This document shows, one piece after another, positions 27,252 to 37,754 of a stretch of DNA of 64,000 bases. Where the stretch lies: the IMG/VR virus record IMGVR_UViG_3300042475_004151. The stretch is one strand, 5' to 3'. Each line of letters starts with the position of its first letter. Positions within the stretch are counted from its first letter, which is position 1. Source of the stretch: a virus. The position numbers were made by a program, and so were the translations under genes. The notes beneath the pieces are model-generated. The model had not been told where the DNA came from and did not search any database. It was given only the letters and a program-made list of their open reading frames with translations.

Positions 27252-27944
27252 TTATTTTTTTTCTTCTTTTTGAAGTTCCTTACTTAATCCACTAATCGGA
27301 ACAGGTGTACCTACAGGATATGGAAATCCTTCTTTAGCTGCTGTTATAGATGTCATTCCAGATGTAACAGGAACTGCTTTACGTAATGGAACTGCTGCTT
27401 CATTAAGTGGTCCATATACTTTTGCTAATATAATACCTGTAGATGTTGTATCAAAGATAACACCTGGCATTGCAAACATGTTGCTTTCACTTGTGTTTGG
27501 ATGATCAAGATTTACAATAAATGAACGATTTACAGGTGGTGATAATTCCCACTCCTTAGATGCTGGATTAAATTGTGGTATTGCTGTAGCTGTATCATAG
27601 TACCAAAATAGAGACCATACTGTATTATTGGTTCCATCAGGTGATTGGAAATTTTCCTTTACATTAAACTTTCCATAAGTTCCACTATCTCCTTCCATTG
27701 CTAAATTAGAAATAGATGGTCCTGTTAATACTGGACATATAGCACATCCTTCATCATATACTACTCCTTGAACAACAATCTTTTTTCCAGTTGGAATTGC
27801 TGCTGATGCACCACAGAAGGCAAAAGATCCTTGATGAATTTTTACTGCTGTATCAGATTTAAGATCTTCAACTGTTTCTGTTTTTGGGTTACAACTAAAT
27901 AACATTGTTAGTAGACTAACTACTATGAGTGTGATTTTTTTCAT
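27252..27944 (-). CDS. Putative lipoprotein
   Basis: MKK-hydrophobic-LFSC lipobox; further Cys in FAFCGA and CAICP. Confidence 0.65.
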   Translation of the reverse strand: MKKITLIVVSLLTMLFSCNPKTETVEDLKSDTAVKIHQGSFAFCGASAAIPTGKKIVVQGVVYDEGCAICPVLTGPSISNLAMEGDSGTYGKFNVKENFQSPDGTNNTVWSLFWYYDTATAIPQFNPASKEWELSPPVNRSFIVNLDHPNTSESNMFAMPGVIFDTTSTGIILAKVYGPLNEAAVPLRKAVPVTSGMTSITAAKEGFPYPVGTPVPISGLSKELQKEEKK

Positions 27945-27957
27945 TTTTTGTTTTATT

Positions 27958-28368
27958 TTATTTTTCATTATCTAACTTTAATCTCATTAATATGGTCCAA
28001 ATATCCTCAGGTGTTGTTGATGGGACTATTTTTTCCTCATCATCATATAATTCATTTACTGATCCATCTGGATTGAATTTTTCATATAAATAGAAACTAA
28101 TTACTTCATATCCTTCTTTTCCAAAATGAAGTAATATAAATGAGTCTATCACTTGAAAAAATAACTCATCATAAGTACTAAAGTCAATTTTTAAATCACT
28201 ATTAGCTAAATGAGTTCTAGTTTGAGCAGCTTGTAATGCTAATATAATACTAGTAAATATATCTTTTTGCTTCTCAATATATGCTTTTTTCTTTCTTTTA
28301 ACTGTTGAATTTATTTTAAGTAAACTATCAACTGCTTTTTTTATATCATCAAAACCATCATTTGTCAT
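27958..28368 (-). CDS. Hypothetical protein
   Basis: 136-aa ORF. Confidence 0.65.
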   Translation of the reverse strand: MTNDGFDDIKKAVDSLLKINSTVKRKKKAYIEKQKDIFTSIILALQAAQTRTHLANSDLKIDFSTYDELFFQVIDSFILLHFGKEGYEVISFYLYEKFNPDGSVNELYDDEEKIVPSTTPEDIWTILMRLKLDNEK

Positions 28369-28369
28369 G

Positions 28370-28690
28370 TTAATTTATTTTATCTATTAGTATTTTTATT
28401 TCAGCACATGCCTCATATAATTCTTTTTCAATATATCTATCCATACATGATTGTAGAGATTGTTTCCATTCTGATTTATCTAATTCAACATAATATTCAC
28501 TTTTCCCTAATTCAAATAATATAGCTGTTTTAGATTCACTTTTAATAGCATCTTTAATACTTTCTACAGCCTCAATATATACAGCTTTTGAAAATACTTC
28601 ATTACTACATAATGTTTCAACATCTGGTGTTCCATCTCCTATAACTGATAATACCATTGTAGGTATTTTTCTAGTTGATTTTTTAGCCAT
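28370..28690 (-). CDS. Hypothetical protein with UVR-like C-terminus
   Basis: YIEKELYEACAEIKILI. Confidence 0.6.
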   Translation of the reverse strand: MAKKSTRKIPTMVLSVIGDGTPDVETLCSNEVFSKAVYIEAVESIKDAIKSESKTAILFELGKSEYYVELDKSEWKQSLQSCMDRYIEKELYEACAEIKILIDKIN

Positions 28691-28695
28691 ACGAG

Positions 28696-29883
28696 TTATT
28701 TATTATAAATATGAATCAAATTATGTTCGTATGTTTCTAAATTATTAATTGTTATTTTAAATATATCTAATTCAAATGTACCTACTTCACCTGACTCAGC
28801 TATTATTTCTGGTAATTGAGTTAATATGTTAAATAATTCTTGAGTTAATAATTTACCATCAAATTTAACTATAATATCATTATTAGGTACAGTATGTTTT
28901 ATTAGTTTAAATTTACTTTTAAGATCAATTTTAGTATGTGGTTGCTCATTTTCATAATAAGTAGCTTCATTAATACCTAATTCATCATCTGTATATAAAG
29001 TATTACACCATGGTTCTAAAGCTGTTATTAATTGTAAATTGCAATTATCAACTACAAAACCAATATCATACTTATGAGGTATAATTGGTTTTAAATAATC
29101 ATCATGTTTAACAAAATGTCCCCACTTACGAATAAAATTTCTAGCATTTTTACTTGTTGTATAAATCCATTCTTCACTATTTTTTCCAGCACTACCTCCT
29201 GCATGTTTATTAAATCTACTTCCTCTACTAGTAAAGTGATAAACTAAACCATCCCATGATTGAATCACTTTATATCCTTTTAAAACAAAACGATTAAATA
29301 AATCACTATCTTCTTTTGATTGAGGAGCAAATAATTCATCATGTCCACCAATAGCTAAGTAATCTGTCTTATACATACACCATGGTGCAAATATACCTTC
29401 AGTTACTTTATCTTTATTTTGGGTTTCGAAAAATCCTATAGCATTCATAGATGCATTAAAATCAAATTGATCTACTTCATTCCCCCAATCTTGAGTTATT
29501 TTTTCTGGTCCTGGAGGATGTAATGGTGGTTCAATTCTAGTAGCACTAACTACAGTACCTGGTTTTAAATGTTTTAATATATTGGTATCTAAATTAGGTC
29601 CAGCTATCATATCTGCGTGAAAAGCAAATATAATTTCGGTTCTAGCCATTTCAATACCTTTATCAAACATGCCGACAATACCAATACGGTTTGGTCCTGG
29701 GTTGCGAAAAGTAAGTAAGTCTTCATCGTTTATTGATTTAATCCATTCTTGAGTTCCATCTTCACTAGCATCATCTAATATAAGTATTTCATGTTTAGTT
29801 GATAAATTACGAATTGATTTATACGCTAGTTGAAGAAATTCTAAATTATTTCTACTTGGTAGTACAAATGTTATTTTTTGCAT
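28696..29883 (-). CDS. Glycosyltransferase family 2
   Basis: FVLPSRN, ILILDDASEDGT, HAD, GGHDE, EDSD, VYH. Confidence 0.9.
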   Translation of the reverse strand: MQKITFVLPSRNNLEFLQLAYKSIRNLSTKHEILILDDASEDGTQEWIKSINDEDLLTFRNPGPNRIGIVGMFDKGIEMARTEIIFAFHADMIAGPNLDTNILKHLKPGTVVSATRIEPPLHPPGPEKITQDWGNEVDQFDFNASMNAIGFFETQNKDKVTEGIFAPWCMYKTDYLAIGGHDELFAPQSKEDSDLFNRFVLKGYKVIQSWDGLVYHFTSRGSRFNKHAGGSAGKNSEEWIYTTSKNARNFIRKWGHFVKHDDYLKPIIPHKYDIGFVVDNCNLQLITALEPWCNTLYTDDELGINEATYYENEQPHTKIDLKSKFKLIKHTVPNNDIIVKFDGKLLTQELFNILTQLPEIIAESGEVGTFELDIFKITINNLETYEHNLIHIYNK

Positions 29884-30719
29884 AAATATTCTTTTATATA
29901 ATCTTCAATATTTCGTTTAGGTGACCACCCTAATGTTTCTTTAGCTAATGGATCTTCACATAATGTTACAAATGCTTCTCCTGGTTTATCATCTTTATAT
30001 ATAACTTCTTTATTAAACATAGTAGATATTTCTTTAACTGAGTAATTTCTATTTCTGCCTAATTCAAAGATATAACCCCATTTTTGTTTTTCTAAGATTA
30101 GTATCAATGCTTCAACTATATCTTCAACATGGGTGAAATCTCTACGTTTTCTACCATCACCATATATAACTAATGGTTGTCCTTCTTCAACTTTTTTTTC
30201 CCATGCTCCAATTAATGTTGTATAACCACCTTCTTTTAGTTGGTATGGACCATAAACATTGTAAAAACGTGTTATTGTTGATTTTAATTTGTATATGTTT
30301 TCAAATAATTGAATTATTTCTTCTCCTATATCTTTACTAAAAGTATATGGATTAGTTAATTTACCAGCATGATGAGAACTACTACCAGCGTATATAAGTG
30401 GTATATTATTTTTAGCGCAATAACTAGCTAATTTTAAAGTACCATTAGCGTTTGTAGTAAAATATTCTTCAGGTTTATCAAATGATGGTTGTATCCTAGC
30501 TATAGCAGCTAAATGATATACAACATCAAATTCTCCCCAAGCGTTATAATCACTAATATTTCTAATATCATAATTAATATACTTAACTCCTGGTTGGTGA
30601 TTTGATTCTAATCCTGTATTGTAATTATCTATAGATATAACATTATATCCCTTTTTAAGTAAGGCTTTAATTAGGTTAGTACCAACAAAGCCAGCTCCTC
30701 CTGTAACTAATATATTCAT
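29871..30719 (-). CDS. NAD-dependent sugar epimerase/dehydratase
   Basis: GGAGFVG, YTFSK, RFYNVYGP, RDFTHVED. Confidence 0.92.
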   Translation of the reverse strand: MNILVTGGAGFVGTNLIKALLKKGYNVISIDNYNTGLESNHQPGVKYINYDIRNISDYNAWGEFDVVYHLAAIARIQPSFDKPEEYFTTNANGTLKLASYCAKNNIPLIYAGSSSHHAGKLTNPYTFSKDIGEEIIQLFENIYKLKSTITRFYNVYGPYQLKEGGYTTLIGAWEKKVEEGQPLVIYGDGRKRRDFTHVEDIVEALILILEKQKWGYIFELGRNRNYSVKEISTMFNKEVIYKDDKPGEAFVTLCEDPLAKETLGWSPKRNIEDYIKEYLCKK

Positions 30720-30724
30720 AAAAT

Positions 30725-31399
30725 TTATTTTAATCTCAACATACCTGTTCTTTCAAACATAGTATTATAATACACTAAATCATTTTTATATTTATCTTTT
30801 AACTGTTTTATATCCTCAAGATAATGAATTTCTTTAGCTATTCCAACTTTATTTAATTCTAATCCAGCATATATTAAAGGCTCAAAATGTAATGATGGAT
30901 GTCCATTATTAATACATTTATCAGCTATAATATTATAATTGTCTAAATTAAATACTTTACTATATAAATCTCTAGTTATAAAGAAAAATTCAGTCCTAAT
31001 TGGTAAACTTTTATTATCAATTAAATTATAATTATCATCAAACATCCATTGTCTAGGTATACCAGCTAATTTTTTATTTGATTGAATATATTCTTTAACC
31101 ATCCAATCTATATCATTTATATCTCTAAAAATCATATCTGCATGGTAATGTAAAATATAATCTTGAGTTAATAATTCATTAGCTGAACTTGCTAAAGCAA
31201 ATGCACCCATATGTTTATTAGGATTATATTGTAACCAATTTATATTTAAACCGGTTTCTTGAGATATAAGTTTAATTTGTTCTTCATCTTCAAAATTAGT
31301 TATAAAATGTATTGGGTATTTGAAATTGAATTTATTATAAAACTCAGCTTGTATTTTAAACTCATTAACATCATAACATGTACATACTATATCAACCAT
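30725..31399 (-). CDS. Glycosyltransferase-like protein
   Basis: DYILHYHAD DxD-like motif in glycan cluster. Confidence 0.5.
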   Translation of the reverse strand: MVDIVCTCYDVNEFKIQAEFYNKFNFKYPIHFITNFEDEEQIKLISQETGLNINWLQYNPNKHMGAFALASSANELLTQDYILHYHADMIFRDINDIDWMVKEYIQSNKKLAGIPRQWMFDDNYNLIDNKSLPIRTEFFFITRDLYSKVFNLDNYNIIADKCINNGHPSLHFEPLIYAGLELNKVGIAKEIHYLEDIKQLKDKYKNDLVYYNTMFERTGMLRLK

Positions 31400-32102
31400 G
31401 TTTTCCTCTTTCTAATTCATAAATAAAATCTGAGTCAGCATACCTATCAGATAAATATCCCATTCTGTCATTACCAAATATTTTATTAAATTTATATCCA
31501 TTTAGATTAACCATTATGTTTCCCCATTGTATATTTTCCATTTTCCCATCATATGGGTCATTAATATATTCAAATCCATTTATACGTTTATAATTAAAAT
31601 AAGTCATACAAATAAAACTACCTCTAATTGTTGTGTAACATTGTAATGGTGTATCAAATAATTCTTTATTAGTAGCTACATCTAACCAAGTATTAATTGA
31701 ACCATAAGGTATAGATTCTTCAGTATTATTAGGTGTTATAATAGCATTTGGATCTAAATAAAAACCATAATTCATTCCATTAGCCATAACATCAAATTTA
31801 TATGTGCTTGATAAACATAAATTTATAAAACTCCAATCTTTAATTATTATATCATCATGAGTAAAAAATATAAAATCATCATCATTTAAATTTAAATGAT
31901 TTACTCCTTGAACATAACCTCCCCATTCTAGACCTATATTATCAAATAATTTCCAATCAAAATTATCTTTAATTATTTGAGGTGGATCTTTTCTACAAAC
32001 CCAAAATACATTAATGTTGTCATTACTGTTTTTTAATTCAATAAGATCATTTATGTAATCAGGAAAATAATGCCATCCTATAATTATAAATTGTATTTTC
32101 AT
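31392..32102 (-). CDS. Glycosyltransferase-like protein
   Basis: NIGLEWGGY, FFTHDD. Confidence 0.55.
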   Translation of the reverse strand: MKIQFIIIGWHYFPDYINDLIELKNSNDNINVFWVCRKDPPQIIKDNFDWKLFDNIGLEWGGYVQGVNHLNLNDDDFIFFTHDDIIIKDWSFINLCLSSTYKFDVMANGMNYGFYLDPNAIITPNNTEESIPYGSINTWLDVATNKELFDTPLQCYTTIRGSFICMTYFNYKRINGFEYINDPYDGKMENIQWGNIMVNLNGYKFNKIFGNDRMGYLSDRYADSDFIYELERGKHG

Positions 32103-32767
32103 AACTCATTAAATAGTTTAAAATTTAGTTCAAAATTATCTTTTAAATATAAAAGTATATGTCTGAAGTTTTCATAATTATCTTCAGTCCAATTATTCTT
32201 ATTGTATTCACCCCATATGTGAGATTGAAAATATATAGTATTATCTACCATTGTTATAGATTCTGTATTATGGATTGAACTTTCACCTTTAAATATTCTA
32301 TTATTTACTTTAATATTATCATTAAGATGAGTATGAATTGCTGTATAATTAAATACTTCACTTACAGCATCAAAGCTACCTTGTGTTGCTAACCAACCTG
32401 GCATTCTCCATCCAGTGGGAGAATAACCTGTTGAATCCCATTCATGTAAACATTCTATTAATCTATCTTTAGCTTGATTATAATCTAGTTCTACAAACTC
32501 ACACTCACGACAACTTGGATTATTAACTGTTCGTTTATGGTAATGTCCATGTCCTGCTAATTCAATCCAATTATACTGTTGCCAATAATGAATCCAGTCT
32601 TTATGTTTAGATAAAGGATATTTGTTATGATAATTGGATGGAGAAAATAAAACAAATTTACAGCCAAATTCTTTATTTAATTCTTTTAAATATTCTACTG
32701 ACTGATCACCTTCACATCCCCAATTTTGTTCTGGGTGTGTATCATCTATTGCTACTATTATATTCAT
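32099..32767 (-). CDS. Polysaccharide deacetylase-like protein (DUF2334 type)
   Basis: AIDD, HGHYH, GWRMPGW, QSH. Confidence 0.75.
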   Translation of the reverse strand: MNIIVAIDDTHPEQNWGCEGDQSVEYLKELNKEFGCKFVLFSPSNYHNKYPLSKHKDWIHYWQQYNWIELAGHGHYHKRTVNNPSCRECEFVELDYNQAKDRLIECLHEWDSTGYSPTGWRMPGWLATQGSFDAVSEVFNYTAIHTHLNDNIKVNNRIFKGESSIHNTESITMVDNTIYFQSHIWGEYNKNNWTEDNYENFRHILLYLKDNFELNFKLFNEL

Positions 32768-33711
32768 AGTTTATTAAAGTAATTATTCATTTTAAATATA
32801 AACTGTTCCTCACTGAAATGTGTTCTATAATTTTGTTTAGCATCACCACAACATTCAATATAAAACGTTTCATCAGTTTTTAATTTAATAGCTAAATTTC
32901 TAGCTGATTCTAAATCACCTAAATCAACACTTAATAATGGATGTATTTTTCTTTGAGTATCAGCTTCATTATATCCAATACAAGGTATACCTAAGAAACC
33001 ACAGTTCATAGCAAATGTACCCGCAGCTATTGTAGGCATTAAATGTATAGCGTATTTAAATTCAGCTAATGCTTTAATCCAATCAACCCATTGTAAATAA
33101 GGTAAATGAGTAACTAATTGTTCTTCATTTGGTTGACGTCGTCCCATACTAGGACAATATATTGGTAAGTCAAATTCAGTAGCAATAACATAACTATCAA
33201 ACCCACCATACCATCTAGTGAAGTTACCTCCTATTATAGTTTTATCTTGTAGTTTAATATTTTTAAATTCTAAAACACTATCCTCAACCATTAATGAAGG
33301 AATATCTTGTACTAATGCTTTTGGATTAATACCTTTAAAATAAGGTATATCAGTTTCATTTTCACTTAATATTCCATCTACACTAGTTAATAAATTATAA
33401 TGCCATATTTGTTGATGTACTGGTAGATCTTGGTATATCCAACTAGGTCCTTCTTGCATAAACACTACTTTATCTGCTATTTTACGGACTTTATCTACTA
33501 TATCAATATTATATAATTTATCTCTATCAGTTGGTGTTTTGGGTATTAATAACACTGCTACATCATATCTATTTGGTATGTTGTCTATATTAAATAAAGG
33601 ATAATGATCAACTTGTAAAGCACACATTTGAGCAAATTCAACTCTCATGTTGGGATGATTTCTAGGTACTTTACCTATGAATCCCATTTGAGATAAAAAT
33701 ACTACATTCAT
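32764..33711 (-). CDS. Putative GT-B glycosyltransferase
   Basis: C-terminal HLMPTIAAGTFAMNCGFLGIPCIG; cluster context. Confidence 0.6.
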   Translation of the reverse strand: MNVVFLSQMGFIGKVPRNHPNMRVEFAQMCALQVDHYPLFNIDNIPNRYDVAVLLIPKTPTDRDKLYNIDIVDKVRKIADKVVFMQEGPSWIYQDLPVHQQIWHYNLLTSVDGILSENETDIPYFKGINPKALVQDIPSLMVEDSVLEFKNIKLQDKTIIGGNFTRWYGGFDSYVIATEFDLPIYCPSMGRRQPNEEQLVTHLPYLQWVDWIKALAEFKYAIHLMPTIAAGTFAMNCGFLGIPCIGYNEADTQRKIHPLLSVDLGDLESARNLAIKLKTDETFYIECCGDAKQNYRTHFSEEQFIFKMNNYFNKL

Positions 33712-34385
33712 AACATTAATTTAAGTTTATCAATATTCATTGATATATCACTGGGTACATTATTTGGTCTAAACTCTGATATAATATTTGAGTTTGTTTG
33801 TTTAGCTAATTGATATATTGTTTTTTTCTCTGTTCCTACATTATATAATCCATTAGCATTTTTATTTATCAATTGTATAACTAAATCAGCTATAACATCA
33901 ACATAATCAAAATTTCCATATTGATCAATCCATCCTTTATTATACGGAAATGGTTTTGGTTTAAATGAACATCTACATATTAAATAATCATTATTATTAA
34001 ACATAACATATTCATCTGCTAATAATTTTGAATATGAATAAAAATTTGGAGCTGGTATAGCTAAACCATTTTCATCAATATCAGAATCTGAATCAGCGTA
34101 AACATAATCTGTGGATATATGAATTAATTTTTTGTTTAATGTTTTACAAAGATTTGATAATTTAATAACAAAATGATAATTAATAGAATATATACTTTCT
34201 TTATCTGTTGAGTATGTGTCTGTATTAGCTAAACAATTTAATATGACATCATAATGCCCTAAATAAAAAGATAATGAATCATTAATAAAATCAATATTGT
34301 CTTTTTTTCTAGAAATATAATCCCATCCTGTTTGTCTTACAATCTCACTTCCTAATAAACCATCTCCTAGTACTAATATTTTCAT
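33708..34385 (-). CDS. dTDP-4-dehydrorhamnose reductase-like (RmlD family)
   Basis: LGDGLLG, HISTDYVY, YSYSKLLAD. Confidence 0.85.
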   Translation of the reverse strand: MKILVLGDGLLGSEIVRQTGWDYISRKKDNIDFINDSLSFYLGHYDVILNCLANTDTYSTDKESIYSINYHFVIKLSNLCKTLNKKLIHISTDYVYADSDSDIDENGLAIPAPNFYSYSKLLADEYVMFNNNDYLICRCSFKPKPFPYNKGWIDQYGNFDYVDVIADLVIQLINKNANGLYNVGTEKKTIYQLAKQTNSNIISEFRPNNVPSDISMNIDKLKLML

Positions 34386-35668
34386 TTAAATTTAGTTATA
34401 ACATCATTTATATAATTAAATACAGGTTCTGTATAATGTGGAGCTGCTCCTATAAAAAATACCTTATCAAGTACTTTATTTGCTTCCGGATATAAATTAT
34501 AGTCATCAAGTTTAGAATAACCTGGGTGTAGTAAGATATTACCTGCAAAATAATTTCTAGTTTGTATTTTATTTGCTTCTAGATATTCTACTAGTCTATG
34601 TTTTAATCCTGGTTCATCACATATAAATGGAGTACCAAACCAACATGGATCTGCTTTAGGTAATACATCTGGTATTCTTAGACCAGGTATATTATCAGTG
34701 AATATTTTAGATAAAGTATTTCTAGAAACTTTTCTATTAGCTTCAATTTCATCTAATTTATCAAGTTGAACTAAACCAATTGCACCTTGTAAATCTAATG
34801 GTTTTAAATTATATCCCATTTCACTAAACACATACTTATGATCTATAACACCATCATAGTTTTCTAACCATTTATCAAATCTATTCCCACATGTTCCACA
34901 AGGTAATAAGTTAGCGGAACCAATACAATAACAATCTCTACCCCACCAACTTAAACTTACAAATAATTTTTTTAATTCATCATCATCTGTACAACACATT
35001 CCTCCCTCTCCTGTACTAATATGATGTGCTGGATAAAAAGAGTTAGCGTATGCTACATAATATTCATTTAAATATTTTCCATCCCATCTACTTCCTAAGC
35101 TATCACAGTTATCTCCTATTAATTTTATATTATATTTAACACATAATTTAATTAATTTATCCATATCTGGAGGATTACCTAATACAGGTGATATAAATAT
35201 ACCTTTAGTTCTAGATGTTATTTTAGATTCAATTTGATTAACATCAAAATTTAAAGTATTCCATTCAATATCTACAAATACTGGTTTTAATCTGTTTTGA
35301 TATAATACAGAAATAGTAGTTGCAAACCCAACAGGTGATACAATTATCTCATCATCATCTTCCCATTTAAATCTTTTCTTTAAAGCAGCTATTAAAATTA
35401 AATTAGCTGAACTTCCTGAATTGACCATATGTGAATGTCTAGTATTAAATCGTTTACTAAATTTATTCTCAAATTTATATACTTTCTCTCCAGCTGTGAT
35501 CCATTTACCATTTAGAAATGAATCTATAGCTGCTTCAGTTTCTTTATCATCCCAATATGGACCTGAGTAGTAAATAGGTGTTTCACCTGGTTTAAACGCT
35601 TTAGCATTATAAATGTAAGGTGATACATGATTACTAATTAGAGACTGGATGTTTTCTATCTTAATCAT
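34382..35668 (-). CDS. rfbH: NDP-4-keto-6-deoxyhexose 3-dehydratase (RfbH/E1, DegT family)
   Basis: NSGSSAN, DNCDSLG, SFYPAHHI (His replaces the catalytic Lys), WGRDCYC...GTC Fe-S motif, GYNLK. Confidence 0.88.
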   Translation of the reverse strand: MIKIENIQSLISNHVSPYIYNAKAFKPGETPIYYSGPYWDDKETEAAIDSFLNGKWITAGEKVYKFENKFSKRFNTRHSHMVNSGSSANLILIAALKKRFKWEDDDEIIVSPVGFATTISVLYQNRLKPVFVDIEWNTLNFDVNQIESKITSRTKGIFISPVLGNPPDMDKLIKLCVKYNIKLIGDNCDSLGSRWDGKYLNEYYVAYANSFYPAHHISTGEGGMCCTDDDELKKLFVSLSWWGRDCYCIGSANLLPCGTCGNRFDKWLENYDGVIDHKYVFSEMGYNLKPLDLQGAIGLVQLDKLDEIEANRKVSRNTLSKIFTDNIPGLRIPDVLPKADPCWFGTPFICDEPGLKHRLVEYLEANKIQTRNYFAGNILLHPGYSKLDDYNLYPEANKVLDKVFFIGAAPHYTEPVFNYINDVITKFK

Positions 35669-35678
35669 TGTTATTTTA

Positions 35679-36314
35679 TTATTTTATTTTTTGTATAATG
35701 CAAGTCATGCTATGGCTTAAATTAGGTGAGTTGGTATAAAAATCAACATTACTGATATTATTGAATATATAATTTATTTCTTTTTCAGTCATATAATTAG
35801 AATATAATTTACCATAATGATTTATATTTTGAAGCATTTGACATGTGTTAACATGACATTCATAATCATTAAAACGTTCTTGGAATGAAGTATGTATATC
35901 CTCTAATATATAAAATCCTCCTGGCTTAACAAAAGGAAATAAATATCCTAAACTAACTTGTTGTTGTTTCATTGTGTGACCACCATCATCAATAATTAAA
36001 TCAAATTCATCGAAACTTGATTGGTCTAGTACTTTAGCTAAATCTTCTCTATTAGATTGATCTATCTTATCAAATAAAAACATTCTATCATTTTCCTTCT
36101 CTATTAATAAATTAATATCAGCGCCATATATTTTAGCATTTGGAAAATAATCAGACCACATTCTAATACTTGGACCATATTGGACTCCAATTTCAAAAAT
36201 ATTAGTAAATGTTTCTCTATATTGATTTAAAAAGCTATCATAAAATGGAGTAAAATTATGATCAGTAGCTTTATCAGTATTGTATTTAACTCCTAATTGT
36301 GTTAGTTGATCCAT
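35679..36314 (-). CDS. SAM-dependent sugar O-methyltransferase
   Basis: YNTDK...H, FEIGV, GADI, IIDDGGH, GGFYILED. Confidence 0.85.
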   Translation of the reverse strand: MDQLTQLGVKYNTDKATDHNFTPFYDSFLNQYRETFTNIFEIGVQYGPSIRMWSDYFPNAKIYGADINLLIEKENDRMFLFDKIDQSNREDLAKVLDQSSFDEFDLIIDDGGHTMKQQQVSLGYLFPFVKPGGFYILEDIHTSFQERFNDYECHVNTCQMLQNINHYGKLYSNYMTEKEINYIFNNISNVDFYTNSPNLSHSMTCIIQKIK

Positions 36315-36315
36315 A

Positions 36316-36945
36316 TTATAATGTATTATAAAAATTATTTTGATGTTCTTGTCTTTCAATTGTCTTAGGATGAATTAAATCATATCCTTCAGGTAGATTA
36401 GCTATTCGCTTCCATCCTGATAAACGTTCATGTACTTTATTTACCCAGTTTATTTCTGCTGAATTAAAACAAATACGAGTTTGATAATCAGGATAGTTAA
36501 TCCATCCATTTTCATCTACAAACCACTTCCATTTATCAATATGATCTCTAGTTAATCCATCCACTGTATTAATTCTAGGTACAGCTATAACATCAACTAA
36601 TCCTTTATTTATATTAAGTATACTATGAATATTATCTAATAACCCTTCACTTAAATACTCATCAGCATCAATAAAGAAAATCCAATCTTTATAACATTTA
36701 TTTTTAAGATTATTTTTAAAAGAAGAAAAATCATTATTTAAAGAATATTCTATAACCTCATATTCATATCTTGTACCTCGTGCTTCATAACTTTTAACTA
36801 CATCACGAACTTTTTTAGTAGCAGTTTTATCTAATTGAACTATAACCTCATCTCCATCATTTATATGAGTATGAAGTTGGTTCAAAAGTCTATCTAATTC
36901 TTCATGTTCATTACAAGCAGTAATAGCAAAACTAATTGTTACCAT
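36316..36945 (-). CDS. Glycosyltransferase family 2
   Basis: FAITACNE, FIDADE, PRIN, YPDYQ.R, VHE. Confidence 0.88.
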   Translation of the reverse strand: MVTISFAITACNEHEELDRLLNQLHTHINDGDEVIVQLDKTATKKVRDVVKSYEARGTRYEYEVIEYSLNNDFSSFKNNLKNKCYKDWIFFIDADEYLSEGLLDNIHSILNINKGLVDVIAVPRINTVDGLTRDHIDKWKWFVDENGWINYPDYQTRICFNSAEINWVNKVHERLSGWKRIANLPEGYDLIHPKTIERQEHQNNFYNTL

Positions 36946-36955
36946 GACCTTATTT

Positions 36956-37387
36956 TTAGATTAAATTAATATAAGCACACGCCTCATCAAAAGACATTTT
37001 ATCAAATGTTTTTAATGTTTTAGGATCTGATTTATGAGTGGCTCCTTTTAGTTTATTTTTTTCTTCATCTGTTGTCTCAACAGCTATAATACCTGCCCAT
37101 CCCCAATTATCCTTACTAGTACCATTAGCGAACACAGTACCTTTACTAGGTACATTAAGTACTGTTGGATACCAAACTCGTTTTTTATCATCTACAAATT
37201 TAATATCTTTATATAGCTCAGGCAATACTTCTTCTGTATCAAGTACTAATTGACTTCCATCAATCATAACTTCATTAGTTGTGAAACCACAACCCATGCA
37301 ATTCCATATAATTATCTTATCTGAGCTTTCATGTTCATAGCAAGCATCTGACTCGCAATGAGAACATATTACTAATTTATCATTCAT
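36956..37387 (-). CDS. Zinc-ribbon protein
   Basis: CSHC...CMGC. Confidence 0.6.
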   Translation of the reverse strand: MNDKLVICSHCESDACYEHESSDKIIIWNCMGCGFTTNEVMIDGSQLVLDTEEVLPELYKDIKFVDDKKRVWYPTVLNVPSKGTVFANGTSKDNWGWAGIIAVETTDEEKNKLKGATHKSDPKTLKTFDKMSFDEACAYINLI

Positions 37388-37754
37388 TTTCTTTCTTTTT
37401 ATTTTCTAATGTACTGTTTATATAATATCCAAATCCTTCTGGATGGTTAGTGTAGTGCCAATTTCCCATTTTATCATTCCATACCATTGTAGTGGATATT
37501 GAAGTTCCATTTGATGAGGTAGAGAAAGTATTAGCTGATACTCCAGATCCTGTTACATGTATAGTTCCATTTAATGGTATTTCTTTTATGTAGTAACAAT
37601 TATCTATTTCATCATCTATTCCAGGATTATCATTATAGTCTTGGATTTCATTTAAAACTTCTTTGATACGGTCCCATTGTTTAGGAGTTGGGTGAAAATC
37701 ATTACATGCTTCTGTGAAACCTGTAAACCAAACTATAAATTCATTACTTGTCAT
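37380..37754 (-). CDS. Hypothetical protein
   Basis: Coupled ORF. Confidence 0.6.
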   Translation of the reverse strand: MTSNEFIVWFTGFTEACNDFHPTPKQWDRIKEVLNEIQDYNDNPGIDDEIDNCYYIKEIPLNGTIHVTGSGVSANTFSTSSNGTSISTTMVWNDKMGNWHYTNHPEGFGYYINSTLENKKKENE